DNA from: Nannocystis bainbridge
GTDB lineage: Bacteria > Myxococcota_A > Polyangia > Nannocystales > Nannocystaceae
Length of the DNA: 64,000 nucleotides
Direction of reading: 5' to 3'
Assembly (NCBI RefSeq): GCF_028368995.1
Contig: NZ_JAQNDL010000002.1
Span: 1,600,001 to 1,664,000 of the forward strand
Positions 55,469-64,000 of this stretch are shown here, one piece after another; position 1 is the stretch's first letter; each line of letters opens with the position of its first letter. The position numbers and the translations under genes are program-made. The notes under the pieces are model-generated. The model made no database searches. It was not told the origin of the DNA and saw nothing but the letters and a program-made list of their open reading frames with translations.

Positions 55469-57109
55469 ATGCCGATCCGCCTGCGCTCCCTCGCCTGTCT
55501 CGCCGCGTTCACCTTCTTCATGCCCGCCGCCGAGGCAGCCCCCGACAAGGAGCGCGAGCGCCCGCACCGCATGAAGGCCTACGACTTCTCGGCCGACACC
55601 TTCGCTGGCGAGATGCTCGCTCCCTCGCCCGCGATGGGGGCCACGCCCGGCGGCGCCCAGGACATCCAGTTCTTCCGCGATCGCGTCAAGGCCGGCGAGG
55701 TCCCGCACCCCAACACCTTCACGCCCGAGGGCCTGTTCAGCGAGCACGACCTCCCGCTCGCGGCCGGGCGCACCTGCGATCAGCTGCTCTGCACCGTCGG
55801 CGAGGCCACCGGCGCCGCCTTGCTCGCCCAGCCCGACGTCCAGTACCTCGCCCAGCTCGGCTTCAGCTCCGGCCTCGATCCGAAGACCTTCAAGCGCGCC
55901 CCGCTCAACCTCGTCGCCGTCATCGACAAGTCGGGCTCGATGTCGGGCCAGCCGCTCGACCTCGTGCGCGAGAGCCTCTACCGCGTCCTCGATCAGCTCG
56001 GGCCTGACGACCAGCTCTCGATCGTCCTCTACGGCGACCGCGCCCACGTCCATCTGGCCCCGACGCCCGCCCGGGACAAGCGCGCGATCGCCAGGCACAT
56101 CGCCGACATCGAGAGCGCCGGCTCGACCGCCATGGAAGAGGGCCTGCGGGTCGGCTACGAGCTCGCCGGTCGCAGCGGCAAGGGCTTCAAGGGCACCACC
56201 CGCGTCATGCTCTTCACCGACGAGCGGCCCAACGTCGGCGCCACCGACAAGCAGAGCTTCATGGGCATGGCCCGCGACGCCTCGCACGGCGGCATCGGCC
56301 TTACCACCGTCGGCGTCGGCGTGCAGTTCGGGGCCGAGCTCGCCACCGCGGTCAGCAGCGTGCGCGGCGGCAACCTGTTCTTCTTCCCCGACGCCGCGCG
56401 CATGTCGAAGGTCTTCCGCGAAGACTTCGACACCATGGTCACCGAGCTCGCCCACGACCTGAAGCTCGAGGTGAAGCCCGCCGCCGGCCTCAAGATCGCC
56501 GGGGTCTACGGGATCCCCGGCAAGGCCATCGAATGGGCCCCCGGCGGCGCCATCCGCCTCAGCGTCGAGACCATCTTCCTCAGCCGCAAGAAGGGCGCCA
56601 TCTTCGTCGGCTTCGGCCCCGCCGATCGCAACTTGCCCGGCCCCAAACAGGCCGTCGATCGTCCGCTCGGCCAGGTCAGCCTCGCCTACACCGAGGTCGC
56701 CGCCGGCAAGCCGCGCAGCTCCACCGTCGACCTGTCCTACAAGCCAGGTGCGAACGCCAGCGTCGGCCTCGTCCGCGGCGCGCGGCTCGTCGATCAGGCC
56801 ACCGCGCTGGCCCGGGCCGCCGCCCTCCACCACGAGCAGAACGACCAGGAGGGCGCCTACCAGCTCGTGCACGCCCTCGCCTCGCTCTACCGCCAGGACC
56901 GCGATCCCGAGCTCGCCGAGGAGCGCACGCTCGTGTTCGCCCTCGAGCGCACCTTCGCCAAGCTCTCGGGCCACGCCGGCGAGCCCTCGCCCGCCGCTCC
57001 CGCCGTCGATCGCGTCAGCGGCCTCCCGCCCGCCCCGTCCTCGCGGCGCTCGCCCGTCGTCACCACCGGCCCGCGCAAGAACCTGCTCGATCGCATCGAC
57101 CACCCGTGA
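55469..57109 (+). CDS. Secreted VWA-domain protein (YfbK-like)
   Basis: Signal peptide; PLNLVAVIDKSGSMSG (MIDAS DxSxS), GSTAM and MLFTDE. Confidence 0.88.
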   Translation: MPIRLRSLACLAAFTFFMPAAEAAPDKERERPHRMKAYDFSADTFAGEMLAPSPAMGATPGGAQDIQFFRDRVKAGEVPHPNTFTPEGLFSEHDLPLAAGRTCDQLLCTVGEATGAALLAQPDVQYLAQLGFSSGLDPKTFKRAPLNLVAVIDKSGSMSGQPLDLVRESLYRVLDQLGPDDQLSIVLYGDRAHVHLAPTPARDKRAIARHIADIESAGSTAMEEGLRVGYELAGRSGKGFKGTTRVMLFTDERPNVGATDKQSFMGMARDASHGGIGLTTVGVGVQFGAELATAVSSVRGGNLFFFPDAARMSKVFREDFDTMVTELAHDLKLEVKPAAGLKIAGVYGIPGKAIEWAPGGAIRLSVETIFLSRKKGAIFVGFGPADRNLPGPKQAVDRPLGQVSLAYTEVAAGKPRSSTVDLSYKPGANASVGLVRGARLVDQATALARAAALHHEQNDQEGAYQLVHALASLYRQDRDPELAEERTLVFALERTFAKLSGHAGEPSPAAPAVDRVSGLPPAPSSRRSPVVTTGPRKNLLDRIDHP

Positions 57110-57378
57110 GCCGCTCGCCGGCATCCACCAGCCAGGTCTCACGCGCCATACCGGCCTCTCTCGCGCACGCAACGACCCGACCCACCTCAACCGTCCGACC
57201 GGGCTCGCCTCTCGTCACTGCGCGCGTCGACCGTGAGCCGCGCCTCGGTCGGCCGCTGCGCACCGCGATCTCCCGCACCGAGCTCCGCGCGCGCAGCGAC
57301 CAGGCACCTCGTGTCCCGACCGCGCTCGGCACGCGGCGGTCGTTTGCCCCGCGCGGCCCGCGGCGTTACGCTCCGCGC

Positions 57379-57873
57379 GTGTCGACCCGCGCCGCGCTGT
57401 TCTCCTTCGTGCTTGTGACCTCGGCGGTGCTCGGATGCACCGGCGCCGGCAAGGCACCTGCCCCTTCGGACATGGCCCCGAAGACATCCACCGCCACGGC
57501 AGGCGGCGGCGACCTCGAGGGCTTCCCGCTGTCCCGCCTGCGCTTCGAGCACAACCCCGTCGAGCCGCTCACGTTGCCGGAGCCGCTGAACGAGGCCGAC
57601 CTCAAGGCTCGCGGCGTGCAGAGCCACCGCGTGCTGACGGCCACCAGCCCGCAGGTGTGGCTCTACGTGTTCGAGTTCGCCGACCAGAACGCGATGTTCG
57701 CCGCGCTGCAGGACCCGCGCCTGCTCCTGCCGGGCGAGCCGCCGTACTACCCTGCCACGGCGTTCACCGGCCGCTGGCTGCTCGTCACCGGCTTCCCCTC
57801 GGAGAAGCCGGTCTCGCCGGAGATGGAGGCCGCGCGCACCATGTTCCTCGAGCGCTGGGCCGGCCAGGAGTGA
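57379..57873 (+). CDS. Hypothetical lipoprotein
   Basis: Lipobox VLGC; TACGCT 6 nt upstream of GTG; 3 array units at 57457/57471/57485. Confidence 0.72.
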   Translation: MSTRAALFSFVLVTSAVLGCTGAGKAPAPSDMAPKTSTATAGGGDLEGFPLSRLRFEHNPVEPLTLPEPLNEADLKARGVQSHRVLTATSPQVWLYVFEFADQNAMFAALQDPRLLLPGEPPYYPATAFTGRWLLVTGFPSEKPVSPEMEAARTMFLERWAGQE

Positions 57874-57894
57874 TCCTCGCCCCGGCGCAGTCGC

Positions 57895-59121
57895 TCAGCC
57901 GAGCACCACGCGCACCGACTTGACCAGCGCCCGCAACGCCGTCACGACCTCCTCGGTCGTCTCGCCCTTCACGATCGCGTAGCCCTCGCCCTCGTAGCCG
58001 GACGCGCGCGGCTGCCCGACCTGCGGCAGCTTGCGGTCGACCACCCACGGGCCGGCCTGCTCTTGCGCCTCGGCCAGGCCCTCGACCGCGCGGACCACCT
58101 GCCCCGGACCTTGCCCGCGGAAGAACGCCGTGCCGGCCGCGAACTGGCGCGGCGGCGCCTCGAAGCGGTCGAACACCATCAGCTCGGCCCACTTCTGCCA
58201 CATGTCGACCCCGTGGCAGAGGCCCATCATCGGCATCAGGTGCACGCCGGGCGGGCGGGCCGCCACCTCGCTGATCACCATCGAGCCGTCGGGGCGGAGG
58301 AACCACTCCATATGAGTGAGCGCCGTGCCGACCCCGAGGGCCTGCAGCGCGCGCACGTTGAGCGCGCGGAACGTCTGCGCGTGCGGCTGCAGCTGCTCGC
58401 GCGGCAGCAGCACGCAGTACTGAATCCACGGGTTCTCGAGCACCTGCAGCGGCCCTGGCAGGTAGTAGCTCGACGAGTGCCACACCGGCCTGCCGTCGAT
58501 CGTGATCGTCTCGAACGTGTGCTCCTCGCCGCGCACGAACTCCTCGGCCTGGGCCGGGTTCGACGGCGTCACGAACAGCTCGGCGAGCGCCGACGCCAGC
58601 GACTCGTCGTCGGTCGCGCGGACCGTCGCCCGCGAGCCCAGGCCCGCCGGCGGCTTGAGCACGACCGGGTAGCCGACCTCGCGCACGAACGCCCGCGCCT
58701 CCTCGGCCGAGCCGATCAGCGCCTGCCTCGCCACCGGCAGCCCCGCCTCGCGCAGCTTCGCCTTCATCCGGTTCTTCTCGCGGAAGTTGCGGGCGATCGC
58801 CTCCGTCATGCCCGGGATCCCCAGCTTGTCGCGCGCCACCGCCAGCGGGGTCTGCATCTGCTCGAGGAACCCGATCAGGCGATCGACGCGCCCCCACCCG
58901 GCCTGGAACGCCTTGCCCGCGGACACCAGCTGCTCGGCGTCGAGGCAGTCACGGACCTGGTAGTGCCCGACCACGCGACCGCGGTAGCGCTCGGGCAGCG
59001 TCGCCTCGGACTCGTGGGTGATGAGGCCGATCCGGACATCGGGCAGCGACGTCAGCGCGTCGAGGCACTGCAGGATGTTGGCGCTGTAGAACGGGGCGAC
59101 GTAGAGGACGTGGGCGGGCAT
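57895..59121 (-). CDS. ATP-grasp domain protein (carboxylate-amine ligase-like)
   Basis: FREKNRMK, GYPVVLKPPAGLGS, EEFVRG, THMEWF and SEVAARPPG. Confidence 0.88.
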   Translation of the reverse strand: MPAHVLYVAPFYSANILQCLDALTSLPDVRIGLITHESEATLPERYRGRVVGHYQVRDCLDAEQLVSAGKAFQAGWGRVDRLIGFLEQMQTPLAVARDKLGIPGMTEAIARNFREKNRMKAKLREAGLPVARQALIGSAEEARAFVREVGYPVVLKPPAGLGSRATVRATDDESLASALAELFVTPSNPAQAEEFVRGEEHTFETITIDGRPVWHSSSYYLPGPLQVLENPWIQYCVLLPREQLQPHAQTFRALNVRALQALGVGTALTHMEWFLRPDGSMVISEVAARPPGVHLMPMMGLCHGVDMWQKWAELMVFDRFEAPPRQFAAGTAFFRGQGPGQVVRAVEGLAEAQEQAGPWVVDRKLPQVGQPRASGYEGEGYAIVKGETTEEVVTALRALVKSVRVVLG

Positions 59122-59470
59122 GCGCGGCCGCGATCATGCCAGATCCACCGCGACCCGGCGACGCGCTCGGTCAGCGAGAACCGCCGGTCGCACGCGATCC
59201 CGACCGGTCGATGACCGCGGGAGCCCAGCCTCGGCCCGCAAAACGACGTCTCGCAGCGGCGCGTGGCGGTCACGGGACCGGGGCGATCCAGGCCGTGGTC
59301 CGGCGCCCTCCGACGGTCCCCGACCCGGCGCAGCCTCCGATCGGCGAGACCTGCCCGCGTGGCCGATCCTGCGAGCGAGTCGCGGCGAGCCCTCGACGGT
59401 CCTGCGCGATCTTCCGCCCGCCCGGCGCAGCCGACCGTGCTCTCGCCGGCGCCGCGAGCCCTCGCGTGCC

Positions 59471-59564
59471 CCACATGTCTGTTTCGACATGTCTCCGACG
59501 ACATGCCCTTATCGACATGCCCTCGGCGACATATTCCCCACGACATGCCCGATCGGACACTCCG
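59471..59564. repeat. 14-bp-period palindrome array, 7 units
   Basis: Cores at 59474, 59488, 59502, 59516, 59530, 59544, 59558; just 3' of rnc. Confidence 0.9.
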
Positions 59565-59582
59565 CCTACCCGCCAGCCAGGC

Positions 59583-60368
59583 TCACCCGAGCTCGCCGCG
59601 GTCGATGCGATCGAGCGCCGTCTCGGCCGCCGCCGACTCGGCCGCGCGCAAGCTCGGGCCCTCGCCCTCGGCCAGCGCCACGATCAGGCCGTCGGAGCAC
59701 GTCACCTCCGCGCGCACCCGCCACAGCGAGCGGTCGTGCGCCGGGCGGTCGCCGAGCGGCACGTAGACCGGCGGCCGCCGCCAGCGCGCCTGGGCCCACT
59801 CCTGCAGCCGCGCCTTGGCCGGCTTGCCGTCGTCCGGGCGCAGCGCCGCCAAACGGGGCCCCAGCAGCGCCTGAAACACCACCCCCGACGACGCCAGCGG
59901 ATCGCGGCCGGCCGCGCGCGCGTCGAGGAACGCCGCTCCGAGCACCGCCTCGGCCGCGTCGGCCAGCGACCCGTCGTGTTCGCGCAGCTCCGCCTGCCGA
60001 TGCGCCACCCACAGCGACGGCCCGAGATCGAGCCGCCGGGCCGCCTCGGCCAGCGCCGGCTCCGACACCAGGCTCGCGCGCAGCCGCGTCAGCACCCCCT
60101 CGGGCAGCGCCGGGAAGCGGCGCCACAGCGCCTCGGTCGAAAGCAGGGCCAGCACTGCGTCGCCGAAGAACTCGAGGCACGCGTTGCTCGGCCAGCCCGC
60201 GCGCGCGTGCTCGTTGACCCACGTCGGGTGCGTCAGCGCCACGCGCAGCAGCGCCGGGCGGGTGAACGCGTAGCCGAGCCGCGTCTGCAGCGGCGCCATG
60301 CGGGCCTCGTTGTCGGGCCAGGTCGGCGCCCCGCGGCGGTCGGGCAGATCCTCGAGCAGCTCGGTCAT
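59583..60368 (-). CDS. rnc: Ribonuclease III
   Basis: ALTHPT, NACLEFFGDAVL, EGVLTRLRASLV, LADAAEAVLGA; dsRBD KARLQEW...AESAAA. Confidence 0.9.
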   Translation of the reverse strand: MTELLEDLPDRRGAPTWPDNEARMAPLQTRLGYAFTRPALLRVALTHPTWVNEHARAGWPSNACLEFFGDAVLALLSTEALWRRFPALPEGVLTRLRASLVSEPALAEAARRLDLGPSLWVAHRQAELREHDGSLADAAEAVLGAAFLDARAAGRDPLASSGVVFQALLGPRLAALRPDDGKPAKARLQEWAQARWRRPPVYVPLGDRPAHDRSLWRVRAEVTCSDGLIVALAEGEGPSLRAAESAAAETALDRIDRGELG

Positions 60369-61444
60369 GCGCCGGTCTCCGCGATCCAGCCGCCGCCGAG
60401 CACTCGGTCACCGGCGTAGATCACCGCGGCTTGCCCCGGCGCCGCCGCCTGGACCGGCGTTTCGAAATGGATCGTCGCCCGCTCGCCCGCCAGCTCGACG
60501 CGCGCCGGCGCCGGCCGCCCGCGGTGACGGATCTGGACCTCCGCGCGGACCGTCGCGTGCTCGCCCAGCGGCGCCAGCCGGCGGAAGTCCGCCAGCGTCA
60601 GCGCGTGCGTCTCGAGGTCCGCCGCGTCGCCCACCACCACCTGGCGCTGCGCCGGCAGCACCCGCAGCACGTAGCGCGGCGACGTGCCCGGGATCCGCAG
60701 CCCGCGGCGCTGGCCGATCGTCACGCGGTGGATCCCGCCGTGCGCCCCGAGCACGCGGCCCTCGGCGTCGACCACCTCGCCGGGCGCCAGCTCCTCGGTC
60801 GCCAGCCCCAGCGTCGCCGCCCGCGCCTCCACCAACTCACCGTGATCGCGGCCGCCGACGAAGCACAGCTCCTGGCTGTCGGGCGTGTCGGCGCTCGGCA
60901 GCCCGAGCGCGCGGGCCTTGGCTCGCACCTGGTCTTTGAGCCATGTCCCGAGCGGAAACTGCACCCCCGCCAGCAGCGCCGGCGGCACCGCGAACAGGAA
61001 GTACGTCTGGTCCTTCGTCGCATCGGCCGCGCGCAGCAGCGCCCCGTCTTCCAGGCGCGCGTAGTGGCCGGTCGCCAGCGCCTCGGCACCGAGCGCGCGG
61101 GCGCGGGCCACCAGCGGCCCGAACTTCACGTGCTCGTTGCAGCGGACGCACGGGTTCGGCGTGCGGCCGCGGGCGTACTCGCGGGCGAAGTCGTCGATCA
61201 CCTGGGCCGAGAAGCGCTCCTGCTCGTCGACCGTGTAGTGCGGGATCCCAAGCAGCGCGCACACGTCTCGCGCCTGATCGATCTCCGCCGGCGAGCAGCA
61301 CGACCCGCCGCGGCCCTGGCGTTCGTGCCCGCTGGCGTCGTAGAGCCGCATCGTCAGGCCCACCACTTCGTGGCCCGCCTCGACCAGCAGCGCCGCCGCC
61401 ACCGACGAGTCGACCCCGCCGGACATCGCGCACACGATCCTCAT
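60365..61444 (-). CDS. mnmA: tRNA 2-thiouridine(34) synthase MnmA
   Basis: AMSGGVDSS, GRTPNPCVRCN, ATGHYA, KDQTYFL, DSQELCF, TIGQRRGL and APGQAAV. Confidence 0.96.
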   Translation of the reverse strand: MRIVCAMSGGVDSSVAAALLVEAGHEVVGLTMRLYDASGHERQGRGGSCCSPAEIDQARDVCALLGIPHYTVDEQERFSAQVIDDFAREYARGRTPNPCVRCNEHVKFGPLVARARALGAEALATGHYARLEDGALLRAADATKDQTYFLFAVPPALLAGVQFPLGTWLKDQVRAKARALGLPSADTPDSQELCFVGGRDHGELVEARAATLGLATEELAPGEVVDAEGRVLGAHGGIHRVTIGQRRGLRIPGTSPRYVLRVLPAQRQVVVGDAADLETHALTLADFRRLAPLGEHATVRAEVQIRHRGRPAPARVELAGERATIHFETPVQAAAPGQAAVIYAGDRVLGGGWIAETGA

Positions 61445-62634
61445 GACGGCGTCACCTCGCGCCAGTCGCCGCCGCCCTCCGCCCCGCGCACGCGCGCGAT
61501 CGCCTCGGGCAACGCGGCCAGCAGCGCTTCGACATCCTCTTCGGTGTTGCCGGCGCCGAGCGAGATCCGCAGCGCCGAGCGAGCCGCGGCCGGCGTCAGC
61601 CCCAGCGCCAGCAGCACCGGCGACGGCTCGGGCGTGCCCGAGCTGCAGGCCGCCCCGTACGACACCGCGATCCCTGCCAGGTCGAGGTTCATCGCCAGCA
61701 GCTGCCCGTCGCAGCCGGCGAACCCGGCGCTCACGGTGTTGCCGACCCGGCGCTCGCGATCGCCGTGGACTGTCACATCGGACATGTCCGAAAGGCCAGC
61801 CCGCAAGCGTTCGGCCAGTCGGGTCACGTGGGCGTGGCGCGTCGGCAGCTCGGCCGCGGCCAGCTGCGCCGCGACGCCGAACCCTGTGATGCTGGCGACC
61901 GGCTCGGTCCCCGCCCGGCGCCCGCGCTCTTGCTGGCCGCCGAGCAGCAGCGGATCGATCGCCAGCCGGCGGCGATGGACCAGCGCGCCGACCCCCTTCG
62001 GGCCGTAGATTTTGTGGCTGCTGACGCTGAGCAGGTCGAGATCCCAGCCATGAAAGTCGAGGGGCAGCTTGCCGAACGCCTGCACCGCGTCGCAGTGGAC
62101 CAGCGCCCCGGGCGCGAATTCGCGCACCACGCGGACCAGCGCCGGGATGTCGTAGGCATTGCCGAGCACGTGATTCGCGGCAGCGAGCGAGACAACTCCC
62201 ACGTCCGGGTTCTCCCGGAGGGCGGCGCTCAGCGCGTCGGGCTCGATGCGGCCATGGGCGTCGACCGCGACCAGCGCCAGCGGGTGTCCCTCACGCTGCA
62301 GCCGGCCCGCCGCCGCCAGCACCGCCGGGTGCTCGAGCGGCGAAGTGAGCAGGCCAAAAGGCCGCCCTGCGGCCCGCAGCGCCCTCGCAGCGCCGATCAG
62401 CGCCAGGTTGTCGGCCTCGGTCCCGCCCGACGTGAAAGTCACCTCGAGCGCCTCGGCCCCGAGCGCCCGGGCGACCGCGCGGCGCGCCTGTTCGACGGCC
62501 GCCCGGGCCCGCTGCCCCGTGCTGTGCACGCTGGCCGGGTTCCCCTGAAGGAGGGGGTCGGTCAGCGCGGCGATAACAGCGTCCCGGACCCGGGGATCGA
62601 GGGGGGTCGTCGCGTTGTGGTCGAGGTAGCGCAC
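61441..62634 (-). CDS. iscS: Cysteine desulfurase (IscS/NifS family)
   Basis: YLDHNATTP, GNPAS, FTSGGTEA, HCDAVQ, SSHKIYGPKG and GAACSSG; ATGA overlap with mnmA. Confidence 0.9.
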   Translation of the reverse strand: MRYLDHNATTPLDPRVRDAVIAALTDPLLQGNPASVHSTGQRARAAVEQARRAVARALGAEALEVTFTSGGTEADNLALIGAARALRAAGRPFGLLTSPLEHPAVLAAAGRLQREGHPLALVAVDAHGRIEPDALSAALRENPDVGVVSLAAANHVLGNAYDIPALVRVVREFAPGALVHCDAVQAFGKLPLDFHGWDLDLLSVSSHKIYGPKGVGALVHRRRLAIDPLLLGGQQERGRRAGTEPVASITGFGVAAQLAAAELPTRHAHVTRLAERLRAGLSDMSDVTVHGDRERRVGNTVSAGFAGCDGQLLAMNLDLAGIAVSYGAACSSGTPEPSPVLLALGLTPAAARSALRISLGAGNTEEDVEALLAALPEAIARVRGAEGGGDWREVTPS

Positions 62635-62728
62635 CCAGGGCCGGCTATAGCACGAGGTCCGGCGCCGGGAGCCCCGGTTTAGCCGGCTTGTTGACGGGAT
62701 GGGCTCCGGCGTTGAATCATCACAGCGC

Positions 62729-64000
62729 GTGAGTCTCCTCGGGACCATGATGGTGAGAGCGGGCCTGCTCTCCGACGAGCAGTTAGCCGCGGTACAGGCC
62801 ACAAGCGCCGAGCGCAAGCTCTCCTTCGTCGAAGCTCTGCTTTCGCACAGCTTCGCCGATGAAGACAGCGTCGTCGGTTTCCTTCACAGCAAGCTGATGA
62901 TCCCCAAGGTGGGCGCCAGCATCCTCGACGGCGTCGATCGATCGGCGCTCGATCGGGTCCCCGGTGAATTGGCTGCGCGCCACGCCGTGCTCCCGATCTC
63001 GAGCGACGAGACTGGCAACCTCACCCTGGCGATGGTCGACCCGACCGACATGAAAGCGGTCGACGCCATCTCGGCGCACACGGGCGCGTATCTGGTTCGC
63101 GCGGTCGCGCCGCTGCGAGTCATCCGCTCCTCGATCACGCACCACTACGGGATCCCGGCGCCGACCTTGCCCTCGCTGCAGGCGACCAAGCCGGCCACCG
63201 CCGCGACCCCGGCCGCGGTCATCCCCGCCGGCGCCTCCGCACCTGGCTCGAGCACCAGCCGCGCCCCCTCGGCCGCCGTCAGCTCGGCGCCGACGGTGAC
63301 GCCCCCGACCATTGGCACCCCGCCGAACGGCGCCCTGACCGTGCCTTCGCCGCCGGTCGTCGAGCCCGTCGCCGCGGGCGCCTCTCGCCCCTCCGCCCCC
63401 AGCGGCGCCGCGATCCGTCCGGCCGCCGTGCTCCAGCCCTCGGCCGTGCTCATGGCCGGCGCCCCGCGTCCGGCCGCCGTGTTGCCGGCCGCCGCCTTCG
63501 CGCCCTCGCCGTACGGCATCCCCGCCCACGCCGCCGCGCCCGTGGTCGCATCGAGCGCCACCGCGACCGTAGTCGCACCTGTCCCTTCGGCCAGCCCGCC
63601 CGGCAGCGGCAGCCTCGCCGCGGCGCTCACCGCCACCCCGCCGGTCGCCACCTCCCCCGCGAGCAACGGCGTCTCGTCGGTCGGCGCGACCAACCTCTCC
63701 GCCCCCAACCTCGCCGCCCCCAACCTCGCCACCCCGCCGATCGCCGTACCTGTCTCTTCGGCCAGCTCGGCCCCGGGCAACGTCACCCAGCCGTTCGCCT
63801 CCTCGAGCATCACCGCGGCGATGCCCGCCGCACCTGTCTCTGCGGCCAGCTCGACCACGGGCAGCGTCGCCCAGCCGTCCACCGCCGCGAGCGTCCCCGC
63901 CGCGGTCGCCATCGACGCCGACACCGTACCTGTCCCTGCGGCCAGCCCCGTCAGCGAGCCCGAGGCGCCCGTGCCGACGATCGCTGGCGCCATGGCGACC
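62729..64000 (+). CDS. Protein with MshEN/T2SSE_N-like N-terminal domain and long Pro/Ala/Ser-rich linker, truncated by window edge (absent from the ORF track)
   Basis: MSLLGTMMVRAGLLSDEQL...VPGELAARHAVLPI...LTLAMVDPTDMKAVDAI...ITRHYG; I found no stop before the window end. Confidence 0.8.
   Translation, partial: MSLLGTMMVRAGLLSDEQLAAVQATSAERKLSFVEALLSHSFADEDSVVGFLHSKLMIPKVGASILDGVDRSALDRVPGELAARHAVLPISSDETGNLTLAMVDPTDMKAVDAISAHTGAYLVRAVAPLRVIRSSITHHYGIPAPTLPSLQATKPATAATPAAVIPAGASAPGSSTSRAPSAAVSSAPTVTPPTIGTPPNGALTVPSPPVVEPVAAGASRPSAPSGAAIRPAAVLQPSAVLMAGAPRPAAVLPAAAFAPSPYGIPAHAAAPVVASSATATVVAPVPSASPPGSGSLAAALTATPPVATSPASNGVSSVGATNLSAPNLAAPNLATPPIAVPVSSASSAPGNVTQPFASSSITAAMPAAPVSAASSTTGSVAQPSTAASVPAAVAIDADTVPVPAASPVSEPEAPVPTIAGAMAT

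Noticed and set aside
63145-63993. 282-aa minus-strand ORF
   Set aside because: Antisense of the Pro/Ala-rich linker of the plus-strand MshEN-like gene.

Overview
This is very GC-rich bacterial DNA, probably from a myxobacterium (Nannocystaceae-like). That call is inferred from MYXO-CTERM tails, Cys-rich/DUF4215-type lipoproteins, a Ser/Thr kinase-WD40 fusion and a MshEN-like protein. The window holds about 48 genes. Housekeeping genes are rlmKL, cysH, aspS, lnt, gluQ, rnc, mnmA and a cysteine desulfurase. Also present are a DprE1/DprE2-like pair, a partial His-Xaa-Ser radical-SAM locus (hxsD, hxsD-like, hxsB), a two-component pair, an ECF sigma factor with a TlpA redoxin, many secreted or lipoprotein genes and two apparently broken genes. 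I saw no rRNA, tRNA, CRISPR array or transposase. The strongest unexplained signal is a dispersed family of degenerate palindromes (consensus about GGACATGTCC plus 4 variable nt) in arrays with a 14-bp period. They occur at more than 20 loci, at gene 3' ends and convergent junctions, and in-frame inside conserved genes. All functional calls come from motif recognition by eye, with no database searches. Start codons are best estimates.
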